From: Eledone cirrhosa | Taxonomy: Eukaryota | DNA length: 64,000 nucleotides | Direction of reading: 5' to 3' | Assembly (NCBI GenBank): GCA_964016885.1 | Contig: OZ024742.1 | Location: 154,132,001 to 154,196,000 of the forward strand | Part shown: positions 12,625-26,464 of the stretch, piece by piece | Position numbering within the stretch: the stretch's first letter is position 1 | Layout of the letters: each line of letters begins with the position of its first letter | The notes under the pieces: model-generated | The model's input: the letters and a program-made list of their open reading frames with translations, nothing else | Told to the model about the DNA's origin: nothing | Databases searched by the model: none | Made by a program: the position numbers and the translations under genes

Positions 12625-12930
12625 ATATATTGTTATACTTTGGGTGGGTCACCAAGATAGTGTAGTACAGAACAAAGGAGAGGCACAAAATAAAAACTAG
12701 TCATTGAGGAGGTCACATAATGTATGTTGAGAGAGATTTGGCAATATATAAGAAAAAACCCATCCGGTTAATGAACCAACCAACCAGCCGGAAATGTATA
12801 ATAAATTCAAGTGAAAACCAACAGATGCATGCATTTTTATTGGTAGCATGACCCTCCGAACGTATAAAATATGTTTCCACACACGTTTTTAGATAAGGGA
12901 GCTTACAAAACAACCTAAGAATACGAATTA
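12625..12930 (+). mobile_element. Decayed family D pLTR element
   Basis: Homologous to 28010-28330 and 59575-59800; HHR core eroded (TTGAGGA..gtcac). Confidence 0.6.
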
Positions 12931-13254
12931 CATATATATATATCACTAATATTAATAAATGGAAAATATCTTTATAAAACCATATTTATTTTATTTAAGA
13001 TATTGCCAGGGTACCATTATTTTGGTACGCTATCATCAGATAAAATACAATATTTGATTTAAAGATAGTGACATATCGACATATGGATTTAATGTTATGA
13101 GTTCAAAGCAGATAGTGAAAAAATGTTCAAAACTCGGGATGAATATGCTAATGAGGATAACGTCAAAACTGAAAAGGACCGTTATGTTTAGACACTAGAT
13201 ATATATAAATAATGATCTAAATTATTTTCTAATATGTATGTATGTATGAATGCT

Positions 13255-13850
13255 ATTGGTAACATGTAATCCAGTACAAGCTATCGCATAGTCGGGTCGT
13301 CGGTTACTAAACAGGCATCCCCACCATGTTTACTTGGTGAGGCGTGTGATGTTGGATACCTTGCAGGACAAAAAACGAAACCTGACAAGGGGCGGAAGAA
13401 CTCATAACAGTCAACCGCAATCCAAATGTATGTAAATATGTATATACACATGTACATATGTATGTATATGAATATACATGGGTGCATGTGTATGAATATA
13501 CACGGGGACATAGAAATAGTCGGGCTGGACACCCGATCGCGTGGTTAAACCATTGGGAGTAAAGCACCCCTAGCATTTGTCAGGGCATTCTTCTAGGAGA
13601 AGGCAACTCAGGAAACTAGGATAACTCCGATATAAAAGCTGAGACTCAGTAGTTACCGACGATGTTGATATTTTATTCTTTTCTGGTTATAGATACTGTC
13701 ACTCAGAGAGTGGGATTGGCTCAGTGCACATTATTTCCTCATTTTAAAAAACATCTTCACGCACAGGCATTGCACGATAGAATTAATAATTACTAATAAT
13801 GGTATATTGTGCAATGGCCATACTCAATAACGAGGGGGCAGCCTTCATAT
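13255..13850 (+). mobile_element. RTE-derived non-autonomous element
   Basis: Homologous to 2070-2660, with an internal microsatellite-like insert at ~13425-13500. Confidence 0.6.
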
Positions 13851-14034
13851 ATATATATAGAGAGAGATAGAGAGATAAATATACACGGCTGTGAATGATT
13901 GTGTATAGAAGATTATATTAATAAGAGGAATTCCAACTTTGTCTGATTTACTCGTTTTATTTACAATCCTTTAAAATGTATAATGGTATTATAATGAAAT
14001 AGTATGATAGAATATTAAATGTTAAGTGTTGATT

Positions 14035-14071
14035 GAACAAGTACTTTTATGCTTTCGCAATCTTCAGGTTC
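14035..14071 (-). ncRNA. Minimal type I hammerhead with G12A mutation
   Basis: GAAC-CTGAAGA-T-TGC-gaaa-GCA-T-AAAA-GTAC-TT-GTTC: stem I GAAC/GTTC, GNRA-capped stem II, palindromic stem III. Confidence 0.6.
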
Positions 14072-14080
14072 ATAATGTGT

Positions 14081-14140
14081 GGTGACAGTCAAGTTTGCAA
14101 TTTTCAACTGCAGTTGAAAATTGCAAACTTGACTGTCACC
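14081..14140. repeat. Perfect 60-bp palindrome
   Basis: ggtgacagtcaagtttgcaattttcaactg|cagttgaaaattgcaaacttgactgtcacc, no spacer and no mismatch. Confidence 0.97.
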
Positions 14141-16324
14141 TTTACTGGAAGTTAGTAAATGAGGTAGAAAGATTATACGGAAATAAGAAAAGAAAGACTA
14201 CTGTAAACAATTCTATTCTCTGAATAGATTTTATGTGCAAAATGCCTGGAGACCTAGCGCTAGAACCCGAGCAAGATGAGGTTGGGTGTTCATGCTTGCG
14301 GATTCAACCAGATCATATGGAAACAGCTGCTCGTAGCAAGGCTTGCTGAAATCCCTGATCCTGCTTATCTAACTATTATCATAGAAATCATTTCAGGCTT
14401 GTTTAACATGTCTTTCTCTATTTTTCTTTGCATATTAGGAAAGCCATTGTCCAATATCTCACTAGGTCATTTTTCTTTTATATAAATTAAGTTTCCTATT
14501 TCTAGCTGTTTGGAACAACACGTATAGTCTCAGTCGTGAACTCGTAATATTCAGGGTGTTTAGTGTTCTTTGTAAGAAGTTAGTCAGCTTGAAAAACACA
14601 TGATGTTAAATAAAATTGAAAGAATAAATTCATCAAACATTGTAGTACATCTTATTATATGTTGAATAACGTTTATTTCATCATTCAATCGCGTCGGTTC
14701 ACTATTTTGCCACAAAAGCCATCACCAGTTTTCTCAGAATTTTAAACATTTATTCCACAATAGTTTCCTATTTAATCAAACAGCTTATTAGATATAGCTA
14801 CTATACTCTTCTAAAATCATACGCTGTTCGTCTTGAAGGCTGACAGCTTTGATAACGTAGTCACGGGCCGACAGTGGATGAAAGAAAATGATGGGAACAT
14901 CTTGACTGAAAAGCTTCAAGCATAGGCTTGCTCGTTCAGGTCGGACTTGAGGCTAAACATCAAAAACCACCAACACAACAAATATAACAACAGCAACAAC
15001 ATAAACAACAAATCACTTGTAAATAGGGTGTTGAATATATTAACCGCCTATATAGATTGAAAAAAACATACACACAAATTCCAACTGATTAAAAAAAATG
15101 CATAATTTATAGCTGATATCTTCTTTCAATATCAAAAAGAAAAATTCGAAAAAAAAAATAAACGTATCCGAAGTGAAAAAATCTTCCGTATGTTAAAACA
15201 TCAGACTGGGCGGAAAGATTTATATATTGTGTTAATTCGTTATTTCAATTAATTTGACATTTCAATTAAGAATGTTGTAAAATGAATGTGCCATGTCACT
15301 GGAGAGCATCACTTAAATAAACATTAACAATATTTAGTTATTTATTTATTTATTATCCACTGCTATCAATCAGAAAATATATTAGATTCATAATTGTAGA
15401 CATTTATCATCACTGGCGACGCTAAATGGCCGCAGAAAAGCGTGAATCTGATAGTGTTTCTCTCATATAATAAAACTAGCTGTTGGGTCTACAGATGATG
15501 AAATCAATATAATTATATGTTTATAATTTTTCCGTTAGGATACACTTAAATTCATTTTCGATGTATCAAAGAAAGTGAGAAATATTTGATTAATTCAAGA
15601 CAATTTCAGCGATTTTTGAACTGATGGTATTTAGTTACAGGTGTTTTCGTTCCGAGTTCAAATTCTGCTTACGTAAAATTTACATTTTATACTCACGAGT
15701 GTAGCCGTGAAGCAATGGGGTTTATATAATCGACAAAACTCTGCGTAAATTAGGGCTGTGGAGTAGCGTCTAGTTTATATTAAAGTCATATGTAGACATA
15801 TTGGAAGATTTAATATTACTAGTTAATAGGATTTGGATGATGTGCGTCAGTTTGCTTTATTCTTTCTTGGAACACTATTTATTTTTTGGAATATACTGCC
15901 GTTTCGAAGTTTTAATCAATATATATTGTTATATAGCGAAGTGCACTTATGATAGCAGGTACAAGTATGAATGTTTGACCAAGTTAACGAAACAATAATT
16001 TTTTAGCTGTAGCTCGACATAAATGTTTCGTTTTCCTCAAAATTATAACAAATATGATCATCTTTAAGTAACTCAATTCGAAAACTGCACATCATTTTCG
16101 TTTTGTTTTCTCCCAGGGGAAATGATCAGTTATCTTTCAACTTCACTGTTATTTAACAGAAGACCCACCAGCAGTACCTTTTTTGAAAGGTCTTATTATA
16201 TGTATGTCTTACTTTGTATTTAGTACGGCTGCCATGACATACATTCTTACCAGTAGTATTGTATGCAAATTGTGCGACCATGCTTGCAGAATCTCCGCTG
16301 TTGATGCAGTATGTTTGTGAATGT

Positions 16325-16840
16325 GCGTGGGTTACTGGTTAGCGTTTTTACGTAAGGACGTGAGTTCGATTTCCGGCAGCACATTGTGTCCTTGAACAAG
16401 ACACATTATTTCTCGTTGCTCTGGGCGGTGAATTGGCAGTATCAGTAGAGAGTCAGACGCCATGCTTTGACGCATAGAGTTACGGCCCTTGCCATTCTGA
16501 GTTCAAATCCTGCCGAGGTTAACTTTGCCTTTCATCCTTACGGGGCCGATAAAATAAAGTACCAGTAATGTACTGGGCAATTGCTGGCCTTGTGCCAATA
16601 GTAGAAACAATTATTTCTCGTTGCTCAAGTTCACTCAGGTGGCAAAAATGAGTTTCAGCTCTAATTCGAAGTTTTGGCTCTCAAAGTGAGTCTCACCCTG
16701 AATCTTCCTGAGCGCTCGGTTAAGGGTACGCGTACCTATAGTGTGCTCGCCCTCTTGCTTCTTAAAATCACTGGACTGCCGTTCTGCCCATCTTAACAAA
16801 TGGAACATTCGTCGCCGTCCCCTAAGGGTTGGCAGGTATC
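16325..16840 (+). mobile_element. tRNA-like SINE interrupted by a second SINE
   Basis: A/B-box-like head (tggttagcg..gagttcgatttcc) followed by gtgtccttgaacaagacac. Same family at 18880-19002 (-) and 34975-35300 (+). Confidence 0.6.
16422..16609 (+). mobile_element. SINE (gagttcaaat..gactttgcctttcatcc..gataaa..gtaccag family) with 17-bp target-site duplication
   Basis: TSD attatttctcgttgctc at 16405-16421 and 16610-16626; B-box-like gagttcaaatcc. Confidence 0.85.
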
Positions 16841-17581
16841 GTTTTTGAATAGAGTCCTATTCGGAATAATATTTATCCATCACAGATACACAAGACGCTA
16901 TTCATATTATCAAACCTGTTATTATTCAAGATCTTTACCCCTGTCTAACTTTTTGATATCGGGGTGAGATGTATTTATTTGTCAAATAGTCAGACACATA
17001 CATTGTAGAATAGATGAAAACAGAGTACACAATCAGTGGTCCATCCTCTATCACATAATTTTGTTATTCCTATCACGTTTGAGTAGATATTTAATGTACA
17101 ACTTTCTACTTTGCTGTCTAATAGCTGTATGAGTAAACCAGCGGGACATTTATAGGTTGACTCGTCTGATGGGATCGTCTCCCTTTGCCCCTAATTTTGA
17201 TAATTATCATTTGTGTCACTGATCATGACAAAGCTATTAATATAGTAATTTTTTCCTGGACTTGATGTCCAAGTAGTAGGTTTCTATACACCAGAGTGGA
17301 TTACACAAGACTAGAATAAAAATATGATCATGAATACACTTTTAGGTGTTAAATAAAAACATTACTAACATATAGATTATGTTATATTTGAATGACCGTA
17401 CTTCCAAAAATAACCATCCATATATGTGTGTGTTTGGGTGAGTATGTGGGAATATTTTGTTTGAAAAATATAGTTAGGGAGTTTAATAAGGTAGGCTTAC
17501 ATTAACGTATAATATTAGAACACTGGTGGGTTATATCCGTAGCAGTAGAGCACTCAGTCCATGGGACGAGTTTGGTAGAAG

Positions 17582-17666
17582 TAGTTCCACAACAGTTAGT
17601 TCACCATACCGGGAAGAAATGTTTCACCTTGTTCTCCGCATGGTGAACTAACTGTTGTGGAACTAT
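17582..17666. repeat. Family E fold-back remnant
   Basis: tagttccacaacagttagttcaccat / atggtgaactaactgttgtggaacta. Confidence 0.75.
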
Positions 17667-18879
17667 TTATATATATATACACACTCACACACATACACAC
17701 ATATATATATATGTGTGGGTATGTGCGTGTGCGTGCGCGTGCGTACGTTTGCGTGTGTGTGTGTGTGTATGTGTACGTGCGTGTGTGTGCGTGTGTATAC
17801 TGTACTTTTTTCGTGTTAATCTATGATTAGGAATAGAGTAGTTGGTATCAATCTATAACCACTGATGTAAGCATGATTAAGCACTTGACGTCAGTATATA
17901 ATTCGTAGTATGTTATGGGACCACGCGAGATATAATAACAAAGTAGAAGGAAATAAGGTTGTACTTCCTAACATTATATTTATTACTTAATAGCTGTTAA
18001 ATGTATTTCCATAGTATGGTTTACATAATTTAAAATCCGTGTGTGTACCTTTTAAGAAAATACTATTTGTGAATATCTCGGTAAGTCGTCTCAGTTGAGA
18101 ATTTGTCTTTGAGTGTTACTTCAGTTTATTCTCCAATTAATTTTTATTCACTATATTTTCAACATTATAAACTTCAAACGTGGAAACCTGGCTGTGAAAT
18201 TACAGGGGTTCTATACATGAAAAATGCTCTATATATAACGTTGAACACATCCCAGCTGTATGCATTAGTCAACAGACTACGCAGCGAAAATATCATAATT
18301 CTACTTAATTATGTTTAATATATTTTGATAATGTAGTTTTGGTTTAATTTGCCTGTGTAATCAATTTATTTTTCTTATTTTTCATAGATGTCTTTATTTT
18401 TTAAAACATGTAATGATATTTTTGTGTTGTTATATCTTCATTTTACCCTGTTAATTTTTTTGTAATTAAATTAAACACGTTCGAAAACAGCATGAACTCT
18501 AAATTCCCTTTGATCTGATTACGATGCATTAAGTTTTCTTAAGAACGGATTTCACCTGTAGTTTTAGGGAAACGATAAGAGATAAGAGACCATCTATGCA
18601 GCCGCTCGAAATGCTAAAACGATCAGACGATTTTCTATAAATTATATAATGAATGAAGTACACACAAACAGATGGAATGATCATGACTCAAGAGCTTTTC
18701 ATAAAAAATATTTTCAATCTGTATTTGCATGTAACTAAACAACAGAAACAGGACCAAACAATATCAATGTATATAGAAACGATAGATAGAAACAATCGAC
18801 TTTCGTCAAACGGACCAAGGAATCAATGTTTCCGTTGGTCTTTCCAACTGCTAGTATTATCTATCGGTCGCAACTCCAG

Positions 18880-19002
18880 GTAGAAGGAGCAACGTGAAAT
18901 AAAGTGTCTTGCTCAATAACATAACGCATCGCCTGGTCCAGAAATCGAACTCACAACCACACGATTGCGAATCCAATTCTCTAACCACTCAGCCACGCGC
19001 GG
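18880..19002 (-). mobile_element. tRNA-like SINE head
   Basis: Minus strand gcgcgtggctgagtggttagag..gagttcgatttc..ttgagcaagacactttatttcacgttgctc. Confidence 0.7.
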
Positions 19003-19059
19003 TCACTATATATGTTGATGATATATAATATAGATGATATAAATATAATATATAATATA

Positions 19060-19234
19060 GAAATGGCTTCTACAGGACTAGAACTGTTTCATTCGGAGGA
19101 AATCATCAGGAAATCATCAGGCCTTTCCTGGTGATTTCCTCTGAATGAAACAGTTCTATTCCTGTAGAAGCCATTTCGTATTTAATATTTATATTGTGCT
19201 ATATATTAAGTACCTTACTTACTGTGGTTACCCC

Positions 19235-19240
<6 letters not shown>
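19060..19240. mobile_element. Family B fold-back with HHRs at 19068-19112 (-, intact core) and 19125-19169 (+, CTGGTGA)
   Basis: Minus strand TTC-CTGATGA-tttcctccgaat-GAAACAG-ttctagtc-CTGTA-GAA; the arms meet at the catalytic cores. Confidence 0.8.
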
Positions 19241-19302
<62 letters not shown>

Positions 19303-19799
19303 ATGAGAGGTGTATGTATGTGTGTTTCCACATGTGTGTGTTTTGATATATTGAAGCTATTTTATACGACATTTCTAAGAAATCTCTCCACGTTTAACTC
19401 CCAAGTCGTAATATACATTCGAGGCTTTTCAGTAACTCCTCCATCCGTGTTGGCAATATGATCCTCAATTTGGTAATAAGAGTCAGAATTTGGTAATAAG
19501 AGTCATATTTGGCAAAATGATTCAGTATTCATAATATGATTCAATATTTGTTTCGAACGCGTTTTCCTTGATAATGTTTTGGAATTCTTATCGTTTTTAA
19601 CCACATCATTCCGGAGACGGAATTTTTCAAATTCATCGATTTATTCAATAGTGAATGGTTATCTATTACTAATTTAAAATGCATAGACCTTTGCGAAGCT
19701 CAATTCATTATTGAGAATATTGTTAAAACAAGATTTAGTTTGTGTGTTAATACGGAACCATATAATGTTAAGATTAGACAGAAATAGAAATAATGCCTG

Positions 19800-20150
19800 T
19801 TGCGTGTTTCCAGCATAGTTACGTCCCTTTACGATCTGAGTTCAAATCCCGCCAAGGTTGACTTTGCCTTTCATCCTTACGGGGTCGATAAAATAAAGTA
19901 CCAGTAATGCACTGGGTAATTGCTGGCCTTGTGCCTAAAGTAGAAACAATTATAATGGCGGTGGATTGGCAGTATCGGTAGAGGGTCGGACGCCATGCTT
20001 TCCAGCAGAGTTACGTCCCTTTCCGATCTGAGTTCAAATCCCGCCGAGGTTGACTTTGCCTTTCATCCTTACGGAGTCGATAAAATAAAGTACCAGTAAT
20101 GCACTGGGTAATTGCTGGCCTTGTGCCTAAAGTAGAAACAATTATAATGG
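19800..20150 (+). mobile_element. Two head-to-tail SINE copies
   Basis: 19807-19955 (partial) and 19957-20150 (full) are nearly identical to 16422-16609. Confidence 0.85.
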
Positions 20151-20489
20151 TAATATGCCAGAAGCACTTTCATTTCAGAAGAGTAATAAAAAAAGTGCTC
20201 TTCCCTCCAAGATCAAGTATTTTTTTTTAGGTATTGTCGTTCTTAAGAAAATGTAAGGCCAGTCTCCTAACGGTATTAGTCTCGAGAACGTTCTCTCGTT
20301 AATTCTTCATCGAGATTTTCACATACAGGTATTCTTTAACAAAACAACTTATAATTGAAATACATTATACGTCTGTATCTTAGACATAGCTTTAGATGTG
20401 AGACAATCCATTATGTAGTCAATAAAATATGAATTAAGGTCTAACAACTTTAGTTTCTTAAATTATATATGAATCTGTTAAATATCGAC

Positions 20490-20539
<50 letters not shown>

Positions 20540-20875
20540 ATATATATATATATATTATAATATATAGAACGCATGATAAACAGGTAAACACCTTACTAGT
20601 TATTTAGAGTTTTGGGAAGTAAGCTAATGTTGATAATCCTACGGGAATCTCTGTGTACGTAAGTTACATGCCAATATACATTGTTTTGTGTAATATGATA
20701 TATAATATATAACTAGAGACTGGTATAACATGGGCCATTGCTAGAGTTCCTAAAAACTCCTTGCAAAATCCGTGATGATACATGCCGGAAAGTGGGTTTA
20801 CCATACCTTCGTTCATTCGTTCCTTCCTCCCTTCATTTTTTGAGTTATCCGATGCCTTGATTTCGTTGGAAGTAT

Positions 20876-21095
20876 TCAAGCCTCAAATATTAATATTTGA
20901 GTTACAGAATGCAGTTCATTACGGCTTGTATTTTTCTCAATGATTGATCTGAAGGTGATATACAGAAGGCCAACGTGTCTCTTTGTATCCGGTGTCCAGA
21001 TGAGTAATTTCCCAAATGGTTCATCATGGCGAGAGACACGAACGATAAGGGGAAAACGACGACACTTTACAACATCAGACATTCACGGCAAGGAT
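20876..21095 (-). pseudogene. RTE-type LINE RT C-terminal fragment
   Basis: SDVVKCRRFPLIVRVSRHDEPFGKLLIWTPDTKRHVG resembles the RTE 'RRLRFAGHVxR..LLWxP..R.GRP' motif. Confidence 0.55.
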
Positions 21096-21538
21096 CCATA
21101 TGGAGGTTTTCGCACTTATACACACATGCTCATTCAAACCACACGCACGCGTGTTTGTGCGTGTGTTCCGTTATGTATTTTGCGTGTGAGGGGGGTGTAT
21201 GTTAATAGAACGCTAATAAAAATAATACAACGTAATCAATAAAGCATTACAAAGGCGTATATAAAAGCATGTACGATATGTTTATGCATAGGAAACATAC
21301 ATACACACTCTCATATAGACTAACATGATTTGGGATCAAGTCACAGTTATCTCAGAACCAAGGCAAGATGGCCAGAGTATAGTGATACAGCATCACTATA
21401 TTCAACCTCATTGAAGTTTACCTGCTCGATTCTGAGAGTATAATTAGCTATCATTTCTATAATGTTCACATATAAAACGTATACAGCATGTACACACACA
21501 TACATCAATACATACATGCATAAATAACAAACTTACAT

Positions 21539-21569
<31 letters not shown>

Positions 21570-21570
21570 A

Positions 21571-21610
<40 letters not shown>

Positions 21611-21616
<6 letters not shown>

Positions 21617-21699
21617 CAATTGTTTCTCCGGCGAACAGCTCGAGGTACGATCTGTTTGTGGATCGAACCTGTCTCTGGATTCGCAAGTTCCTCAGATAC
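21611..21699 (-). ncRNA. Type I hammerhead with ~60-nt extended stem II
   Basis: GTAT-CTGAGGA-[GCGAA..CAG..AGGT..CGATC/GATCG..ACCT..CTG..TTCGC]-GAAAC-AATT-GTT-ATAT, running into (TA)n. Confidence 0.6.
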
Positions 21700-21705
21700 G
21701 TCGGT

Positions 21706-21751
21706 TGTTTCAAAGCAAGTTCTCTTTCTGAAAGAGAACTTGCTTTGAAAC
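21706..21751. repeat. Near-perfect palindrome with 22-bp arms
   Basis: gtttcaaagcaagttctctttc-t-gaaagagaacttgctttgaaac. Confidence 0.9.
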
Positions 21752-22071
21752 CAAGTATAACAATATATATATTTATATATATATATCATAAATCATGTCT
21801 TTAGAATCATCAGATAATAAAATATATACTATTTCTTCTTCTAATTAGCATAATTAACCATATAAAAAATCAATCCGAACAAGCTATAAGAATAAATGCT
21901 CTTATGGGGAAATCTCCGACAAATAACCGAACGTAGCCTCTTCGCGGCGGCCTCAGTCTAGTATTTATCCAACATTTCGACGGCATGAAGAAACTGACTA
22001 AATATACCATGAACCATACATAATTAGTTGTAAAATTATACTTAGAAGAAATGCGCACATACCGTAATTAT

Positions 22072-22147
22072 ATCTCTACCATGGTTTCTTCCTTATTTTG
22101 GACATCCAAATAATAGGAATGTCCTGAGCTAGGATTCATCAGGAGAC
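22072..22147 (-). ncRNA. Type I hammerhead ribozyme, canonical core, extended stem II
   Basis: GTCTC-CTGATGA-A-TCCT..GGACAT/ATGTCC..AGGA-A-GAAAC-CATG-GTA-GAGAT. Confidence 0.8.
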
Positions 22148-22380
22148 AAACTCAAAATCAGACATCTAGTTTTTCAATCAGATCCCGCTAAAATTAGATT
22201 AAAAAATGGCTAAAAATCGGTATGTGGCCGTGTACAAGCCAGAGAGAAAGAATGTGATTGGTTGCTTACGGCGGGTAGGCTTGCTGCTAGAAAGCGCAGC
22301 CAAATATCGCCAAATTTTATCGCAAACTATTGGGAGATTATTAAATATAAAGGTTAATATATACATATATATATGTTAAC

Positions 22381-22495
<115 letters not shown>

Positions 22496-22550
22496 ATTAT
22501 AAATAAAATAACAGGAAGCTGGACTGGTGTAAATTCTTGAAAAGTGTATT

Positions 22551-22608
22551 ATACCATGATCATTTCAAAGACCGTGTTCCGTATGGATCCGGTGATATCA
22601 TCAGGTAT
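22551..22608 (-). ncRNA. Type I hammerhead motif with AUG at the cleavage triplet (probably inactive)
   Basis: ATAC-CTGATGA-..ACCG..TCC/GGA..CGGT..-GAAAT-GATC-ATG-GTAT. Confidence 0.6.
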
Positions 22609-23753
22609 TCGAAATATAACAAAGGAATATATAAAATCCATGGGTCCGAAAATCAGAGACAGAGAGGACGACTGACCAACTAGCAGCTATCACCTCGGTC
22701 AGTTGCCCTCAAGTGATGGCAATACAGACTACTAATGACCATCTGGTGAGGGGGGCGAAAGTTTATATTGTACTACCACCTCTCCGTCAGAGAATAAAAA
22801 AAGAGAAGAAAGAAAGAGAGAGAGAAGAAAATTCAGCGTAATGGTCACACTACAGTCATGTTAGAAGACGCCGCGAAAATTGTTATTCCAAAGAACCCAT
22901 ATTTTAACAAAGGCATATATATGGGTGTCTGTATGGTCTAATGTGTGAACAGAAAATAGGACCGTTAACTTATGTTAAGAGTTATAGGATGAAATTAAAT
23001 TTTTAGCAAATTAATAGACAATTAACGGTTTGTATTGCTAGATTTATTTAATGAAATTACAAAGAGTCTTATATGAAAAAGTTTAAATGTATTATAGGGA
23101 ATCTTGATAAGTTATCAAGGTGGGTTATAGAGTAAAGATAAAAGCCTTCGATTGTAAACCTAGCCAGCACCTCCTAACCACGTGTCAGCCTGTTTCGAGT
23201 GGTATCGTCTAGCGAAATAAATAGAAATTAATGTTTTCGAGTACTCTACGAACGTAGCTGCGAGAGGCTTCGGGTGTGCTAGCGGGAAGTCAACCAGCTT
23301 CAACAGGCCACCGTCTATACCAAACGAATACTATTAATTCACACATAAGGGCTTTATTTACGTGCCAGCAGAGGGAGGCATGATACAGCTAACAGTTATA
23401 CCTAAGTTTAGAGTTTATAGGTATGAGTTTAATGTGGCGGTCAAAACAGGCGGTGCAGCGGGCTCCGGGGCAAATCTAGCCGCTCCGAGTAGTTTCGTTT
23501 ACCGAAAGAGGGGAAATTTATTTTCCCAAGCACTCATGGAAGGCTGAACTTTCCGAGCGCCCGGCGCACAGCCGGGAAATCCACCACATCAGTCGAAAGT
23601 GGTAAAACCCAATGAAAAGTGCCAATAGACTATAATTATTTTTAATTCCCAGTTAGTCCGGTTTATAAGTAGTGTGGTTCTTTGGTGGGTAGGGAGCTAT
23701 GACTGGTGCATAATGACCTGAGTAAGGAATAATTAGAAAATCACAATCACACG

Positions 23754-23785
<32 letters not shown>

Positions 23786-24256
23786 TGTACATATGTGAGT
23801 GTCTGTGTGTGTGTGTGTATGTATGTGTGAATACGTGTGTACAAAAAGTAAACGGACAGAACAAAGCAAACAGCACAGAACAATCAAGAAATATATCAGT
23901 TTAATGCGCGATATAGGTAGAAAAAGATTAATTCTGTTTCTGACATTAGTCCTTCTTCAGAAGACAGAAATAGAAATGAAAGATGTGATAGAACGACATA
24001 GAGTAAGGAGAGGAACGAAAGACAAATGCTTTTAAGAAAAGACATATGTTTATTTGGACAGCCATTTACATTAATGTTGTTCCAGAGTATGTCAGACCTG
24101 AGACTGGTATATCATTTTATCGACTTCAGAATGTTATATATCAACAATTAAAGGAGAATGTTTCGAAGACTGCACCGTATTCACATGTATGGAGGCAAAT
24201 TGTCATTAAAAGCTAACACTTAATAACGTTTTTCCTTCAAAAGCTACAATTATCAT

Positions 24257-24288
24257 TTCTTCTTCTTCTTCTTCTTCTTCTTCTTCTT

Positions 24289-24319
<31 letters not shown>

Positions 24320-24461
24320 TTCTTCGTCTTCTTCTTCTTCTTCTTCTTCTTCTTCTTCTTCTTCTTCTTCTTCTTCTTCTTCTTCTTCTTCTTCTTCTTC
24401 TTCTTCTTCTTCTTCTTCTTCTTCTTCTTCTTCTTCTTCTTCACTACTACTACTACTACTA

Positions 24462-24549
<88 letters not shown>
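24257..24549. repeat. Compound (TTC)n(TAC)n microsatellite
   Basis: Directly visible. Confidence 0.97.
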
Positions 24550-25109
24550 GACAATAGCATCCAAGGCATATTTACTTTTTTCTCTGCAAAATGCGTGCAT
24601 TTCATTGTTCACATCCTTGAGTATTTGACATCATGTCGTATGCTTAAAATGCATATCGAAGAAGAGTTTGTATATATTTGGATAAGATTCTATAGTATTG
24701 TTTGCACTATTAATGTATGAATAACTGTGTGTGTTTCTGTGCTGCATTACAGAGAATGTCATTTGGTTTAGGTTTAGGAAAAAATAGAAATATATAAGTG
24801 TTTTTTTAGACTGAGGAAAAATATCATACAAAGACAACTAAACACATATTGGGCAATTAGGAAAGTGTTTTAAATCCATAACTAGCTTAATCTACAAATC
24901 CCGTTCTTTCGCAAAGAGTGTTCAATTGCCTTGAATTGTTAAAACGTTGGATAAAATTCCATTGAGATATTTGTTCTGGTACTGCATATTCTGAGTTCAA
25001 ATCGCGCTAAGATCAATTTTGGCTTTCATATTTCCGGAGCCATAAAATAAGGTTGATTTAATCACATTTGTATTCCTCCAAATTCACTTTTCTTGTGATT
25101 ATATGAGAA

Positions 25110-25298
25110 ATAATTGTTTCTACTTTAGGCACAAGGCCAGCAATTACCCAGTACATTACTGGTACTTTATTTTATCGACCCCGTAAGGATGAAAGGCAAA
25201 GTCAACCTCGGCGGGATTTGAAATTCGGATCGTAAAGGGACGTAACTATGCTGGAAAGCATGGCGTCCGATCCTCTATCGATACTGCCAATCCACCGA
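25110..25298 (-). mobile_element. SINE, tail-to-tail with an older + copy at ~24940-25110
   Basis: Reverse complement of 19960-20146. Confidence 0.8.
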
Positions 25299-25745
25299 TT
25301 ATATTAGAAATAATATTTCTTCGTTTGTTAGATTTAACCGAGTACACGAATTTGCAAGTATTTGGATCAAGTTGTTGATGTCTTAATGTGTTGATTCCTA
25401 TAGACTTAAAATATCTCGTCTCCTTAGAAATAGCAACACAAAACGAAATAACACTAGAATTTAACAACCATATAATCATCCGACTTAATGGTTAAGGTTG
25501 ACCTAGGGCTGAATAACATTAGCATTTTTCTTTACAGTAAACATCCACGACAGCGGAGTAGCTATTCAACAGTTAATGGGGCTCCTTAATTAGACTAAAT
25601 ATGCAACATTACGTAAGATAATTGTGATTATATATAGGTCATTTCATAAAAACACTCACTCACTATCGCATAAATGGAAGAAACCTATTTTTCTGTGTAT
25701 TTGTATTTACACACACACACGCACACACGCCCCCCCTCCCCCTCG

Positions 25746-25885
<140 letters not shown>

Positions 25886-26464
25886 CACATGATAATTGGT
25901 TCTTCTTTGCAGAAGATGGACATCCGCGGACTACTGGCCAGTTTGATGACTGAACTCATTGTTTAAGTCATCTTTTCAGAACCTTTCCTATGTGGTGTGT
26001 GTAGGGCAGTGCAACTCACAAAATAGCTGCTCGAACACTCAAGATTCCACCGAAGCATGGTGCTGTTCCGGTTAACAGTGTAGTGATATTGAGAAAAGAG
26101 TCGAGCCACCCATTTGTGACTATGTGCTTCTAACTATTAGAGTCTGCGCATGTTGGCATATATATATTTTAGTGAATTTTGTAAAATACATTTGATTAGA
26201 TTCACATGTTCATCTGTTGAATACGCGCATTTCGCTAGAGAATTCTTGATTCTGTAGCACGTCAGTCAGTACGATGTCTTTGTTATGGATTTTCTTAAGA
26301 AAATGACATGTATAGATATGACATTTGCTGTTGTCAGGCAAATTTTACTAGGAATAATGAGAACGATTAGAAACATATTCTTGATTTGAAGATCAGTTTC
26401 TTTCCTAATACTCTCACACACACATACGCGCGTGCGCATATATATATACATATATATACATATA

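Noticed and set aside
16325-20150. tRNA genes
   Set aside because: The A/B-box-like heads belong to repeated SINEs and no full cloverleaf is visible.
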